Below are positions 44,915 to 56,508 of a stretch of DNA of 64,000 bases, in pieces. Location: assembly GCA_000002445.1 (NCBI GenBank), contig CP000068.1, positions 128,001 through 192,000 on the forward strand. Reading direction: 5' to 3'. The notes under the pieces were generated by a model. It had not been told where the DNA came from. It saw only the letters and a list, made by a program, of their open reading frames with translations, and did no database searches. The number at the start of each line of letters is the position of its first letter. The stretch's first letter is position 1. Both the position numbers and the translations under genes were made by a program. The DNA is from Trypanosoma brucei. Taxonomy: Eukaryota.

Positions 44915-46432
44915 TTACCATTTATTCCCCGCACCCGTTCCCCACGCCTCCTCCCAGCACTTGGGCCTCCATCGCGTTGAGACGGGTGGAGGCTGAAATG
45001 GCTCCCGGGCGCCGTCCTTGTCAATGGGATTGCGACCTTCCCTAATGTCACCTAAGTCCGTCAAACCCAACTCCTTCCGAATCGCCAGCCGCTCGTCTTC
45101 TAACTGATCAGCCTCAATTCGGAGCCGCTCCAGCTCCGGAGTGGTGAGGTCCGGAACGGCATCATGGTATGGAATACCCAGGTCTGTCCTCTCCCAGTAG
45201 TGAGCAAATGGCTCACCATCTGGGTCATTTGGATCATCTGACGTGGGCTTGCGTACAGGGTGCTGCTTCTTATTCATCCGCACTTGACGTTTGTACTCAA
45301 GCTCTTGCCACGCCATGTTACGGAAAACGTGGCCCAACTCAGTCCGCATCACTTCAACTTCCTCTTCATTGTAAAAAAGATCCCCACGAACAAAGCCAAG
45401 GGTCCACGTAGCACCGCTCTTCGCCTTTTGAGTGTACTCGGTTTGTGGGTTGTGCTCAGTTTGTCGCAATGGTTTCGTGGCCCTGTGGGCATCCCCGTAA
45501 ACCTGATCATCATCAAGCTCCTGAAAGGTTTGTTGCGAGCGGTTCATGTGGGCCATTATGCGCATGAGTGCGTCTTCCACCTCCTCATCATCTAAGATCA
45601 TGGGACCGAAGTACGACTTCTTGTAGCTGCGACTATGCTCCTCCTCTGCCACACTGGGTGGGTCTCCGCGGTGACCGCGCATCCACCGCTCCCATAACCT
45701 ATCGTCTGTGGCCAGTGTCCCATACGGGAGGTGCTTCTTGTTGCTATCTTTGCGATACATGCGACGCTGTTCCTCCCGCCCCTTTTGGAACTGCCATGTG
45801 ACGGTAAACTTATTACCAAATCGGTCCTTCGCGATGAGGCGTTCCTGCGTGAAAAAGAAGCGGATGTAATTCCAGTAGAGCAGCTCCCACCACATAATGA
45901 TGCGGTTGTCAGCTAGCCCCGAAAAGGAATGCTGTAACTTTACACTTTTGTCACCAAATGCGTCAACAGAACGAGTATATGGCACACTAGTGTCCGACTC
46001 TTCACGGATGCGCTGCCGCGCAGCAGCGGCAACCTCAGGGCCGGAAGTTTGCTCCAACTCCGTTGTGTATGCCTCCAGCTTGCGCTCCTCCCGCTGCTGC
46101 AACGCTTCCTCCTCCAACTGACGCTTGGCTTTGGCGGCTAATAGCTCCTTCTCCTTAATTGCCCACGCTACTGCGTCCTCCTGCCTGCGTTGAGCATAAA
46201 CCAGCTTTGATGTGATATCACTTGTCTCGTCTGCCATGCCTCGGATATTCGAAAGAACGGTTGCTATTGTCAAGCGGTGCCTGCGGCTGACACAGTAGCA
46301 ACCACTCAAAGGCAGCGCAGGATGGCTTACAGCCGTCAACTCTGACGGATGCACAGTGGTCGCCCACACCAATGGGGATAGATGATATTTCCTCATTTGT
46401 GGCCGTTGCGCGTGCTTCTCACTCACCCCCAA
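44915..46432 (-). CDS. Hypothetical protein (505 aa), weak NDUFA12-like motif (DRFGNKF) - function uncertain
   Basis: Long ORF. The segment ERLIAKDRFGNKFTVTWQF is faintly reminiscent of the NDUFA12/NDUFAF2 signature (GxxxVGxDxxGNKYYE). The rest is charged and coiled-coil-rich. Starts are ambiguous (MRKYHL... or MADETSD...). Confidence 0.3.
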   Translation of the reverse strand: MGVSEKHAQRPQMRKYHLSPLVWATTVHPSELTAVSHPALPLSGCYCVSRRHRLTIATVLSNIRGMADETSDITSKLVYAQRRQEDAVAWAIKEKELLAAKAKRQLEEEALQQREERKLEAYTTELEQTSGPEVAAAARQRIREESDTSVPYTRSVDAFGDKSVKLQHSFSGLADNRIIMWWELLYWNYIRFFFTQERLIAKDRFGNKFTVTWQFQKGREEQRRMYRKDSNKKHLPYGTLATDDRLWERWMRGHRGDPPSVAEEEHSRSYKKSYFGPMILDDEEVEDALMRIMAHMNRSQQTFQELDDDQVYGDAHRATKPLRQTEHNPQTEYTQKAKSGATWTLGFVRGDLFYNEEEVEVMRTELGHVFRNMAWQELEYKRQVRMNKKQHPVRKPTSDDPNDPDGEPFAHYWERTDLGIPYHDAVPDLTTPELERLRIEADQLEDERLAIRKELGLTDLGDIREGRNPIDKDGAREPFQPPPVSTRWRPKCWEEAWGTGAGNKW

Positions 46433-47654
46433 AAAAAAAAAAAAACTGCTACCGCCCCCGCCGATACGTGCCCTTCTTCTATTTACGTACTTGTTTACGC
46501 CTTTACCGCTCTACTACCGTTGTGAATGTCCCGTTCTCACGCTACGCACCTTAGCAGCTCAAACTACACCCCAGCTGTACTATGTGGGACTATTGTGCAT
46601 GAATTCAGAAAAATGTGTGGGAGTTGTAAACAACAGCACTACTTCACTCGCACCAGAAAGTACCAACTGCAACTCTCTACACACGCACACGTCTGACAGT
46701 TGTTCGAGCTGACCGTCGAATTGGAAAGGAAGGGACGCATTTATATGCATAAATGGGGGACGATGAGGGGAGTGAGCAAAGCACGGAGCACAATAAAAAC
46801 GTCTAACGCACGGAGGTGATCACTTCCAATTGTAAAAGAGGGGGAGATAACCGCACACAAACGTACGTGGCGTGTTGTGCTCACTTCAACTTTCTCAGCA
46901 ACTCCTTTTGCCTGCTCACCTCCCTTGGCCTGACGCCCAAGCAGCCGAGAAACTGTTTGGGCCACGTGCACTTCACTCGTTGGAGAAAAACAGCAGCGAT
47001 AGCTTTTAAAAAGAAAATAATTTGGGGGCTCTATGGATCCTTTTGACAACAGCAGCACAAACAAGAATAAGCAATGGAAAAGAGGGACAGGAAAAAGTAA
47101 GAATGTGAAACGTTCAAACGGTACGAGTCACATTAATACAGTTTCGTTTGTGCTTTTACCATTATGGGGGCAACGAACTCTTATGGTCATCCGTTCACTC
47201 AAAACTGCACAATATGTACCCGTGGAGTTTTGTCTTGCATTGGCCCTTTACACGCACCATATACGAACACCTTCAGGACCTTTTGCGTTTCTTCGTGTCA
47301 AATGCCCGGCATATCTATGTTGCATTCCATAGGAATGCGATGCAAATACGTATCTATTTCACCGTCATGTAACCTCTCACGCAAACGTACGTGCTGCAAC
47401 GCCATGCCCCACCCTACCCGACGATCTGCACAACCCTATCGATATCTCACTTTTTTTCTTTATGGGTACTGCTTGACCCATCCTCTTTTAAAGGAAAAAA
47501 GACAGCAGAACAACACTGCCCGCGCAGAGCCCAGACGAACAGCCACCACAGCGGCACAAAGGTAGACTAAAAGAAGAGCAGCATACTTCATAGCGCCGCC
47601 ACCCTCTCGACTTTAGTTCTTCGTCCGCCTCAGGGGGGTAAACGAAGGGGAACG

Positions 47655-50600
47655 TCAGAACTCATCCCGTTTCCCCACCTTTGTCCGAGCTACAACATCT
47701 AGCAGCTGTTTTGAATTAGCACCATGGGCGTAGTCGTTAACACCGTACCCTAACGAGCTCACCCTGCGGGTGGGCGTCACTGTTGATTGCCTTTGGTGGT
47801 GCTGTTGCTTCAATATCCCCCTCAATCCTCCGCCATCGCGTGCACGCGATGGCGATCGAGTGCCAGAGATAACTGGTCTCGCGGGGCCGCGCAGCGACTC
47901 TTCACGTTCTAATCCACGAAAAAAGAGCCCTTGCGCCTCATTGCCGATCTGGCGCCGGTCGCGGCCGCGGCGCGAAGCGTCTGTATCCCCAACATCGGGG
48001 TACGCGGCGGTACTGTCCGGTGAAATAACGATGGAACTACCGGTGTTATGCAAGGAACTCATATGCAGGGTGTAGTCTTCTTCATTACTGCTACGAGGCC
48101 GGGCTTGTCCACCGCCAGCTGCATACGACTTTCCTGACACGGTGGTGCGAACAGACAGCGAGCCACCGGGGGACCGCTTGACGTTTTCACAGTAACGATC
48201 TCCAGTGGTGCCGGGCTTCCGGTTTCGGGCGCGCTGTCTACTGGCTACCACCGCAGCTGGCCGGTTCGTGGATTTCAAGACCCCAGATCCATGGTGTCCC
48301 TTTGGCTGGTTTCCACAAACGCAGTCATGGTATGCGTGATAATTGGCGTAAAGGCCATCCATCAACTCTTCCATCCCGTCCCGATACTTCCGGGAGTGTG
48401 GCGAAGAACGACGAATTGGTGCTGCTGCCGTTGGCGCTGCAGCATTTGCCGATGACAGTGAGGACGGTGACGCAGCCACCCTGACTGGTGTTCGAGGGTT
48501 TGCTTGGGGCGACTGACCACGTAAAGCCGCTGACAGCGATGGAGGTGTCCGGGTTACAGGGGCCCGAGTCGCGGATGTCGTCCTCCTGCCGTCTGACTTG
48601 GTTTGCAGGCCACCAACCATATCGCTGACAGCGCCTCCTCGGGAGCGACCGGCATGCCGCTGCCTGGTGGACACATCACGCTCGTGGGCATTCACACCTT
48701 CACTGTGTGATCTGTAGTGTTGGGTAGATGGAGCGCGGGTTGTGTACTTCGTCCCCCCAGAAGCTAAGACAACTGTGTCTCTTGCTGCTGGTGAGTGTCT
48801 TCCTTCGTCGTAGGATTGAATGATGCCCTGAGGTCGCTGCTGTATCTGCAGACCTTGTGATGGTGGTTGGAAGGACGGGGGCGATGCACTCATCTCACCC
48901 ATGGGGGACAGCTCCTTATTACCTGAACGTGGTGGAGTGGTGGGAGGAGCGAAAGATGGAGAACTCTTGCCATATTGCATGGCATTTCCTTTTTGCTCCC
49001 TCACCAAGGGCGCCCCTGCCGTAGATCCCCTTGTTGCAAGACCCCGTTGAAATGCGGCAGTGGAAACAGAGGCTCCACTATAAAAATCACTCTCAGTATC
49101 CATCATAACCCTTCGCCTTGAGCCTTCCGACGCCGTTAGCGTTTTCGATGTAGAGTCCAGAACTGTTGCCACGGGAGGGTAAGATATGTCCGAGCCACGG
49201 CGCCCACAAACACCACGCAGCTCGTCAGTCAATTCCTTCATTACCTCTGCAACGTGCAAAAGAGCGTCGTCCCTACCAGGAGCAACAGCACTCGGCGGAG
49301 GAGCCCGGCCCACGCCGGGGTGAATGCCTTCATCATCTATGGTGATGGTTGTGACTGGAGACGGTGACACCGGTCTTTCTAACCCGCTCGGCCTCTTCTC
49401 CTGTTGATGTTGTTGAACTATGGGCAGCGGGGGCGGTGGTTGAAGCTGATCATCTGGCACATGGTGTTGCCTCCTCCACCGTCGGAGCTCAGCGCGTGAC
49501 ACTGCAGCTTCGGATAAAGCCTTGTCCCTTCCCTGTTCCGCAACAGCGACACTCTCGCGTAGAAGTTGTAGCTGCTCTTCTAGTTGCTGTGTTCTCTCAC
49601 TGTTGCTACCACTGAGAGAAAGAACCTCTTGTGCCACTTGAAACATATGGGCGATTACTTTAAGCACGATGTCATCCTTCTTGAAATGAGACACTTTTGG
49701 GCGGGAATGGCCAGGTGGAAGCGGTGGTTTCGGCACCTCCTCCCCTGAATCACGAACATCTTCAACCTCAAGTTCATCCCGTGCATCGCTGCACCTATCG
49801 CAACTCTGGTTACCATGTGGCTGCAACTGATTTCCCTCAACTACAGACATCACCTCCTCTTCTGCAACAACATCCTGGCGAATGCAAGCAGTCAAAACAT
49901 CTTCTGGTAAGGGATGAAGGGAAGTGATAGTAGCTCCAGTTGTATCCACCCAATTAACATACATAGCACAAATATCCACCACGTCATCAACTAATTCACG
50001 CAGTTCTGCAGCTGTTTCAGTGCGTTTGTGAAGCTTTTCCAGGATGCCGATGAAGCCACTACTTAACTGCTCAAGGGCAGCTGACCAAACGCAAGGTCCC
50101 TCGCCACCCACGCGACTGAAGAAGTAGCACCCGCGTTGCCGCTTAGCACGTTCATGGATAAGTATGTAAAGTTCACGAAGCATTTCGGGGTCCTGACCAA
50201 AGCCTCGCTTCACATCGAGTTCAATGTAATACTTGAGCATTTCAGCGATGAAATGCTGCATCGATTCCGTGTCCTTTTGCAATAAGATGGCGGCGAGCTT
50301 GTAATCGGTACTAAACTTCGCCAAAGCCTGGTAAACAGCGGTCACGTTTGACTCCACTATGCGGAGAAGCTTTTCGTCAGACACATAGGTTGCACCATCA
50401 CTTCCCTTCGACTCTATGTTAGCCGCAGCCCCTGAGCCGCTGTTATGATCGCCTTCAATTCCAGCAGTACCCTCCTTGCTACCTTTCCCACCAACGGCCC
50501 GCAGCGTATTGAGATCTAGTTCAATATAGTCATCGTCACCGAACCCATCAGCGAAGACCAATTCATCACTGTTTCCACCGCTGCCCCGGTTTCCGACCGC

Positions 50601-53600
50601 AACAGGGATGGCTAAGTAGCGTACACTTAACAGACCGGAGACCATTGTGCGCAACTTTCCCACCATTTCGTACAGTCGTGTAATTCGGTGGTCTGCGGGA
50701 AGAATACGATCAGCGGGCGCATTCTGAAGCAACAGCGACATCACCTCATTTCGCGCATCCGCATCATCCTTCTCACCGGTAACTGTTCTACATGCTTCAC
50801 TATCACCGGTATCAGCGCTGCTTTTTCCGCTGTTAAGAATGTTCAGTAGCGCTTTATTACCACAACTGGTAACTCCGGTCCTCTTTTTTCTCTTGGACTG
50901 GGCGGCGTCGATGGCACGATCGAGAACCGGTAATATCCCATCAGCGAAGTGCATGAGTGTTGTGTCGATGTCCAGAAGCGCTTCGGTGCATGAATCTAAA
51001 TTTGGGGGAGCCACATTTGCGTTGCAAAAGAACCGGTGAACAGCAGCGAAGTATTTCACCAACTTTTTCTGAGTGTGCAGATGATCCTCAGTCGTCTCAT
51101 GCAGCCGAGTAGCCCATCTACCAAACTTCCGAAGCAGCACAGCCAGCGCCTCCTCATTCACCTCCTGTTGCTTCTGTAGACGCTCTTCGTCGGCTCCGTT
51201 CCATTCACTGTCTGGGTCACCGCCATCGCCTTCGTCTTGCCGTTGCTTTAATCGGCTTTTATCATCGTCACGGCATTCCTGCTCCCGCAGCACCGTCTCC
51301 ACCACATCGTCCTCTGCACACTCATCTGTACCCAAGAGATAAAGTGACCGCTTGATCCGCTGCCCCGCTTCTGCCAGCCGCTGCAAAATTACCTGAATAG
51401 CCTGACGGAAGGTCACCACTTCCTCGCGCCACTGCTTGCGCTCCTCCTGCAACAAGAGTAGTCGTGACTGCTGACTTACACGATCACAGAGAGCTGTATT
51501 ATCTTTGAGCCGCGATTCAACGAGCTTCAGTGCCTCAAGCAACTCCCCGTCAGTAACCGACTGCCCCGCATCCGATTTGGTAAGGTCAGCCCGGAGTGTT
51601 TGCTTGAATGCCGAAGCCACAGCAGCAGGTGAAGTAGTATTAGATGCGGATGCGGTGGGAGCAGAGGGTGATTGCAGGGACTCTGGTCGGCCATCATGCT
51701 CAAGGCGAAAAGCGAGCTCTTCAACACCCACGGCACGGCAAAGCGCCCCCACTGTATTGCATATGCGCGCCCAACGCTTCCCACGAGGGATATTGGACTG
51801 AATTAGATTATCGAGCCGCACCTTGTTTGCTTCGTAGGCATGCTGCAGCCGGTGGTATCGCGTTTTGATGAGTTTCATGCGCTCGTCCAGGTCCCGAAAT
51901 ACGGTAGTCGCCAAAGTTATCGAATGGGCTCCAGTACTCCCCTGGTTATTACCTGGTGCTGCATCGACTGCGCAGTCTTTCACGGCGGGGACGTCATCCG
52001 TGAGCTCGTCAGAAAGGGCATTGATAACGGCCTCAGCCTCCACAGAGTTAGCTGAAATGAGTAGTATCTCCTTGCACCGCTTAACGAGCTGTTTCCCACC
52101 CTCCCGCACGATTTCCTCCAAGCGGGCCTTCTCCATTCGGCTATTTGCACCTGAAGCCTGATGTTTGTGTTGTTCTTGAACCCACTGTTCCTGTCGCCTT
52201 TTCAGCAGCTGCACCATTTCCAGTAAGTTATTCACAGGGGGCTCAATTTCAACAGCTCCTTCACACGAACTGGGCGACGTTCCCGTAGGAAGTAGCTGGG
52301 CCAACTCGCACAAACACTGCTGAATCAGCGCGTTGTCCGCAGAGGAACGGGTGTCACAACGCTCCCCCAGTACCCATCGCCGCAGTTGGTCCACTGTGCT
52401 GAGGAGTGTTGTCATCGTTGAGTCGTCAATGCACTGAACATTTCCACATGCAAGACTGTCAGCTAGCTGAGAAACATTGGTACACAACTCCCTTATATGG
52501 GGTACAAGGGTGTCTGGAACATTTGACTGCGCGGCGAAGCGCTGCACAACAGATTCCACATATCCCGCTAATGCGTCCTCATCCTGCGGCGCTTTGGTCG
52601 GTGACAAACACGTTGGGTCAGTATCCCCCTGCGACGAACCATCACCATCAGGCAGCCAGCGGAGAATTCGCATCAGTATCTCCCTCATTTTCTTTCTGTA
52701 ACCCTGCAAAGACTCCTGGTTTACATTCTCCTCTTTCTTGAGCTGGTGATCTACCAACAAACCCAAATGCTGAGCCATCTCGATAGCAGTGCTGTGCCCA
52801 CTTACGACGGTGTCATCTGACAGCTTCCTCGAGAATCTATCGTCACTGCACTCGCTCGCACTGCGGTCGTCACTGTGCCTTAGTTTTCGTGTTATTTCGG
52901 CCAGCTTTGACCGAACCTCCTGCTCCCTCTCCGCTAGCGCAGCTATCATATCCCTAGCAGACTCGAGAGACGTGCGCATATGGTCGAAAACAACCTCGGC
53001 TGAAGAGCTCGTTGGCCACCCCCTAAGATGATTTGGGACGATGTTTAAATGAAAACGTTGATTTACTTGTGTCATAATGGATATCACATCTTTGAATTCC
53101 CTTTCGATCCACTGATCGTTAGAAGAAACGCTTACATTAGGTCTGTCCGACAGCAATATTGCCCGTTCCTGCTCCACTGTAGGCGGCGACACAACGCCGC
53201 ACGAGCTAAATCGGGACATTGCAGCCTTCTCATATTGGTGAAGAAGAGCAGAACAGGTATGAACGTCCCTTCTAGCAAATTCTAAGTCCTTCGTCAGCTT
53301 TAGCGTCAGGGAAGGTGCTTGGCCTACTGGGACCCCTGGGGATGCCCCAAGTATGTCCATAACTTGTCGTAACGTCTCCTTGTTATCCTCATCTATGGTT
53401 CGTTCCACAGCACAGGGTCTGCAAGAGCTCATCATATCAAGTATTTCCCCCAACGATGACTCGCTATCATAACTTTTGCATATCCCATTCCTCTCCGCAA
53501 GTTTCCGCGCGGTCTTCTTACATTTCTCAACCTGCATGAGAACTTTGAGGAAAGGGCTCTCATTGACGTCATCAAAGTCTTTGCCCGTACTAGCACCCTC

Positions 53601-54038
53601 ATTCACATGGCCAGATACTTTCCTTCCGGTTAGGTGATACAGAGTTTCGCCAACTATGTCAGCTACTCTAGAACTTGTGATCGCAACCTCGCCACCTCTC
53701 ATCTCTATCCGCTTCTTCAAATGCATAATCGCCCCCAACAAATCGCGCATGGGAGAATCCACTCCCTCATTTTCCAACAGCCAAACGATGCGGGCTTCTA
53801 GCTCTTCGGTAAATACAGGTTCATCAGCTTTTCCACGTCCCATTGCCTCTGCTAGAACTGCCGTTGTGATATCACGAACAGCAGCAGAGTTTCTTAGATG
53901 AACAGAAGGAGCTGTCGGTGAAGAGTGCATGCGGATATCCCCCCTGGCAGTGGGTGTATCGTTGCTCTCTTGTGACTTCTTAAATGAAGTCCATAACCGG
54001 GCATGCGCATTCGCCCAGTCGTACTTTTGCCCTTCCAT
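47655..54038 (-). CDS. Very large hypothetical protein (2127 aa) with Ser/Pro/Arg-rich C-terminal third
   Basis: 6.4-kb uninterrupted ORF on the cluster strand. The N-terminal two-thirds are complex and helical. The C-terminal ~700 aa are low-complexity (PPSAVAPGRDD..., RSPSRARDGGG...). No family recognised. Confidence 0.55.
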   Translation of the reverse strand: MEGQKYDWANAHARLWTSFKKSQESNDTPTARGDIRMHSSPTAPSVHLRNSAAVRDITTAVLAEAMGRGKADEPVFTEELEARIVWLLENEGVDSPMRDLLGAIMHLKKRIEMRGGEVAITSSRVADIVGETLYHLTGRKVSGHVNEGASTGKDFDDVNESPFLKVLMQVEKCKKTARKLAERNGICKSYDSESSLGEILDMMSSCRPCAVERTIDEDNKETLRQVMDILGASPGVPVGQAPSLTLKLTKDLEFARRDVHTCSALLHQYEKAAMSRFSSCGVVSPPTVEQERAILLSDRPNVSVSSNDQWIEREFKDVISIMTQVNQRFHLNIVPNHLRGWPTSSSAEVVFDHMRTSLESARDMIAALAEREQEVRSKLAEITRKLRHSDDRSASECSDDRFSRKLSDDTVVSGHSTAIEMAQHLGLLVDHQLKKEENVNQESLQGYRKKMREILMRILRWLPDGDGSSQGDTDPTCLSPTKAPQDEDALAGYVESVVQRFAAQSNVPDTLVPHIRELCTNVSQLADSLACGNVQCIDDSTMTTLLSTVDQLRRWVLGERCDTRSSADNALIQQCLCELAQLLPTGTSPSSCEGAVEIEPPVNNLLEMVQLLKRRQEQWVQEQHKHQASGANSRMEKARLEEIVREGGKQLVKRCKEILLISANSVEAEAVINALSDELTDDVPAVKDCAVDAAPGNNQGSTGAHSITLATTVFRDLDERMKLIKTRYHRLQHAYEANKVRLDNLIQSNIPRGKRWARICNTVGALCRAVGVEELAFRLEHDGRPESLQSPSAPTASASNTTSPAAVASAFKQTLRADLTKSDAGQSVTDGELLEALKLVESRLKDNTALCDRVSQQSRLLLLQEERKQWREEVVTFRQAIQVILQRLAEAGQRIKRSLYLLGTDECAEDDVVETVLREQECRDDDKSRLKQRQDEGDGGDPDSEWNGADEERLQKQQEVNEEALAVLLRKFGRWATRLHETTEDHLHTQKKLVKYFAAVHRFFCNANVAPPNLDSCTEALLDIDTTLMHFADGILPVLDRAIDAAQSKRKKRTGVTSCGNKALLNILNSGKSSADTGDSEACRTVTGEKDDADARNEVMSLLLQNAPADRILPADHRITRLYEMVGKLRTMVSGLLSVRYLAIPVAVGNRGSGGNSDELVFADGFGDDDYIELDLNTLRAVGGKGSKEGTAGIEGDHNSGSGAAANIESKGSDGATYVSDEKLLRIVESNVTAVYQALAKFSTDYKLAAILLQKDTESMQHFIAEMLKYYIELDVKRGFGQDPEMLRELYILIHERAKRQRGCYFFSRVGGEGPCVWSAALEQLSSGFIGILEKLHKRTETAAELRELVDDVVDICAMYVNWVDTTGATITSLHPLPEDVLTACIRQDVVAEEEVMSVVEGNQLQPHGNQSCDRCSDARDELEVEDVRDSGEEVPKPPLPPGHSRPKVSHFKKDDIVLKVIAHMFQVAQEVLSLSGSNSERTQQLEEQLQLLRESVAVAEQGRDKALSEAAVSRAELRRWRRQHHVPDDQLQPPPPLPIVQQHQQEKRPSGLERPVSPSPVTTITIDDEGIHPGVGRAPPPSAVAPGRDDALLHVAEVMKELTDELRGVCGRRGSDISYPPVATVLDSTSKTLTASEGSRRRVMMDTESDFYSGASVSTAAFQRGLATRGSTAGAPLVREQKGNAMQYGKSSPSFAPPTTPPRSGNKELSPMGEMSASPPSFQPPSQGLQIQQRPQGIIQSYDEGRHSPAARDTVVLASGGTKYTTRAPSTQHYRSHSEGVNAHERDVSTRQRHAGRSRGGAVSDMVGGLQTKSDGRRTTSATRAPVTRTPPSLSAALRGQSPQANPRTPVRVAASPSSLSSANAAAPTAAAPIRRSSPHSRKYRDGMEELMDGLYANYHAYHDCVCGNQPKGHHGSGVLKSTNRPAAVVASRQRARNRKPGTTGDRYCENVKRSPGGSLSVRTTVSGKSYAAGGGQARPRSSNEEDYTLHMSSLHNTGSSIVISPDSTAAYPDVGDTDASRRGRDRRQIGNEAQGLFFRGLEREESLRGPARPVISGTRSPSRARDGGGLRGILKQQHHQRQSTVTPTRRVSSLGYGVNDYAHGANSKQLLDVVARTKVGKRDEF

Positions 54039-54290
54039 CAGATTAACCGAAGATAACGTTCAATAAGGGGATAAAAACGACGACCTTCCCACTAAATGCT
54101 ATCGTTGATTAAAAAAATGCATAAAGAGTGGAACGTGAAGGTTGTGGAAGAGCACCGCTTTTCCCTTGTGAATAAACACACAGTACAACTAGACAGCAGC
54201 ATTGGGGCCAACCAAATGAAAATAGTGCATAATAACTGAGTTAAAAAGACATAAACGCGGACGTTAAATTTTCTTAACCTTTGCCATCCA

Positions 54291-54698
54291 TTAAGATTGC
54301 TGCTGACGTCTTTGGATTTGTGAGTGCTTCGCCTGCATCTTCCGGAATAGTTCCTCAGACTTTTGTTGCCCGCTGCGTTGCTTGTTCTCTAGGTCAGCAA
54401 TAGCGGCGTCCGTCCTTTTGAGCTCCCCATTGATGTACTCAAGACGATTCTGTACAATTGCCTTAGCATCGCTCTGGTCCTGTGGAATTAGTGCCGGTCC
54501 GATAAGCTTGTATACCTTGGAATCTGGTTCTAGTCGGTTGATTTCATCCCTTACTATTTCGTTTTCAGACTTTTGAGCACCAAGTCGTTGGCGCGCATCA
54601 ATTAGCTTCGCCTTCTTTTCTCCGAGCTCCTGGTTTTCCTTGAGAAGCATTTGAAGCTGATCGCTCATTGCCTTAATCTCGGGTGGAACCTGCTGCAT
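54291..54698 (-). CDS. Prefoldin beta-type subunit
   Basis: 135-aa ORF, coiled-coil / beta-hairpin / coiled-coil. Central KVYKLIGPALIPQDQSDAKAIVQNRLEYINGEL is typical of prefoldin beta subunits (PFD1/PFD6 class). Confidence 0.7.
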   Translation of the reverse strand: MQQVPPEIKAMSDQLQMLLKENQELGEKKAKLIDARQRLGAQKSENEIVRDEINRLEPDSKVYKLIGPALIPQDQSDAKAIVQNRLEYINGELKRTDAAIADLENKQRSGQQKSEELFRKMQAKHSQIQRRQQQS

Positions 54699-55104
54699 GC
54701 CCTCTCAGCGCGTACAGATGTAGGTGAGTTTGGTCGCGGTGGCGCAGTTCACGTGGTATAAGATCCTTCCTTCTATTTACTACAAGCTATATAATATAAC
54801 GCTATAGCTAAAGCCGCTCACTTCTGAGTGCATACAGATGTGAAAAGAAAGGCGTTAAGGATAAATCAAAGGTAAGAAACGCTTCATCCGGGTAAGCCAC
54901 AGGGAGTCGTAAGTATGACACGACAGTGCCGAAAAGACGTAGTTAGATGGAAACAACCACTGCGTATGCCGCCGTATGCGTCACTAGTACGCATGTCTGA
55001 CTTCCGTTGATCTCCACTATGTGGTGTCGCGGGAATGCACCTCAAACAGTGCTGAAGAAACCTCGTAAATACATATCCAAGTATGTCGACGGTATTCATA
55101 AACA

Positions 55105-56508
55105 TCAAGCTTTTCGCTTACGATCAGCTTCAAGATTTCCCTTATTCACAATTGGCCATGAATCAATCTGTACCAAGAAGGGCAGGTACATGTATACCTT
55201 GTCGCGGTACCTCTTATCTTCTTCAATTGGGTTACGCTCAAGATACACGGTCTTCAAAGTGCTTGTGAAGCCACTTAACTTTCCTACCTCTTCCCAATCT
55301 GCTATATTTCCATCAGTGAGCCAAAACTCCTCAAGTTTGGGCATGGTTTGCGGATTGATCTCTTCAGCGTCGATTGAACATATCGAGTTGAAACTAAAAT
55401 CGATAATTTTGATTGTTGATAGGTGTCGCACGTTCCCAACAGAAGTAAGGCCGTTCTCGGACAAGTATACTTCCCTCAAATTAGGATTGGCCTTTGCTCC
55501 CAAGAAGTTTTCCGCATCAACAGAGGTAATTCGGTTTGCCTGCAAACTAAGGATCTCTAGCGAAACCAATTTGTGAAGCGCGGTACCAATGGAACTTATC
55601 TTATTCTTGCCGAGCCACAACTGTTTCAACTTCGTCAACTTCTCCAACCCGGAACCGATGGCACGTAAACGGTTGCCCCCTAATTCAAGTAACTCAAGGT
55701 TCACCAGAGAATCAAGATTTTTAACCTCTTTAATTTTATTTTCGACCAGATAAAGCTCTCTCAGCGTACCCCCGATGGAATCGAGTCCACCGATTTCACG
55801 AATCTGATTGTAACTTAGGTCCAATTTCGTGAGACATTTGTATGCGTTGGGGAGTGTTTTCGTCGTGGGCGGGTCACCAGGGACTGTTACTGTCTCGAAA
55901 AAATCGTTCAGCTTACGAATTTTGTTGTCGAAAAGATCCAACTCATCAAGGCGATCGGCGAGGTCCTCAGGAAACGGAATAAGATCATGCAAGAGATTCT
56001 TGCGCAAGGAAAGGGATGTGCATTCAGTCAACTTGTCAAGCTCAATTTCAGCCACTGAAAACAGGCGAATATTATTTATCTCTATGATTTTGCTCTTCGT
56101 ATCAATCCTAAGAATAGCCTCCGCCACCTGACGGTATCTATCTTCATCTCGAGTAATGCTTGGAGGCACTTCCTCGCCGTCACTTTCAATGTCCGTGCGT
56201 TTCTCAGAAGGTATCTCTTGAGCACAGAACATGGCCTCAAGGCCTAGCCTTAATTTTTGGTTCCGTTGCTCTTTTTCGTTGGCGTCCGGTTCTGATTTCC
56301 CACCCTCCTGTGACATAGTTGCGACTTTTTTTTTTAGAAGAGTACAAAAAGATGGTATAGATGTCAGCAGAACCAAGACGACGGTGATAAGCAGCAGATG
56401 TAAATGCAACAAGGACGGGAAGAAGTACAATTTATTATTGTAGATCACAAGCCTCTTGACCTCCCGTTCATACAACCAATAGCGCGTCTCGAACGTCCTC
56501 GAGCGCAC
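55105..56508 (-). CDS. Leucine-rich-repeat protein (SDS22/LRR-22-residue type)
   Basis: At least 10 tandem ~22-aa LRRs (LDLSYNQIREIGGLDSIGGTLRELYLVENKIKEVKNLDSLVNLELLELGGNRLRAIG...). The probable true start is the internal Met MSQEGGKSEPD (~56316); the longer ORF N-terminus is hydrophobic low-complexity. Confidence 0.7.
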   Translation of the reverse strand: MRSRTFETRYWLYEREVKRLVIYNNKLYFFPSLLHLHLLLITVVLVLLTSIPSFCTLLKKKVATMSQEGGKSEPDANEKEQRNQKLRLGLEAMFCAQEIPSEKRTDIESDGEEVPPSITRDEDRYRQVAEAILRIDTKSKIIEINNIRLFSVAEIELDKLTECTSLSLRKNLLHDLIPFPEDLADRLDELDLFDNKIRKLNDFFETVTVPGDPPTTKTLPNAYKCLTKLDLSYNQIREIGGLDSIGGTLRELYLVENKIKEVKNLDSLVNLELLELGGNRLRAIGSGLEKLTKLKQLWLGKNKISSIGTALHKLVSLEILSLQANRITSVDAENFLGAKANPNLREVYLSENGLTSVGNVRHLSTIKIIDFSFNSICSIDAEEINPQTMPKLEEFWLTDGNIADWEEVGKLSGFTSTLKTVYLERNPIEEDKRYRDKVYMYLPFLVQIDSWPIVNKGNLEADRKRKA

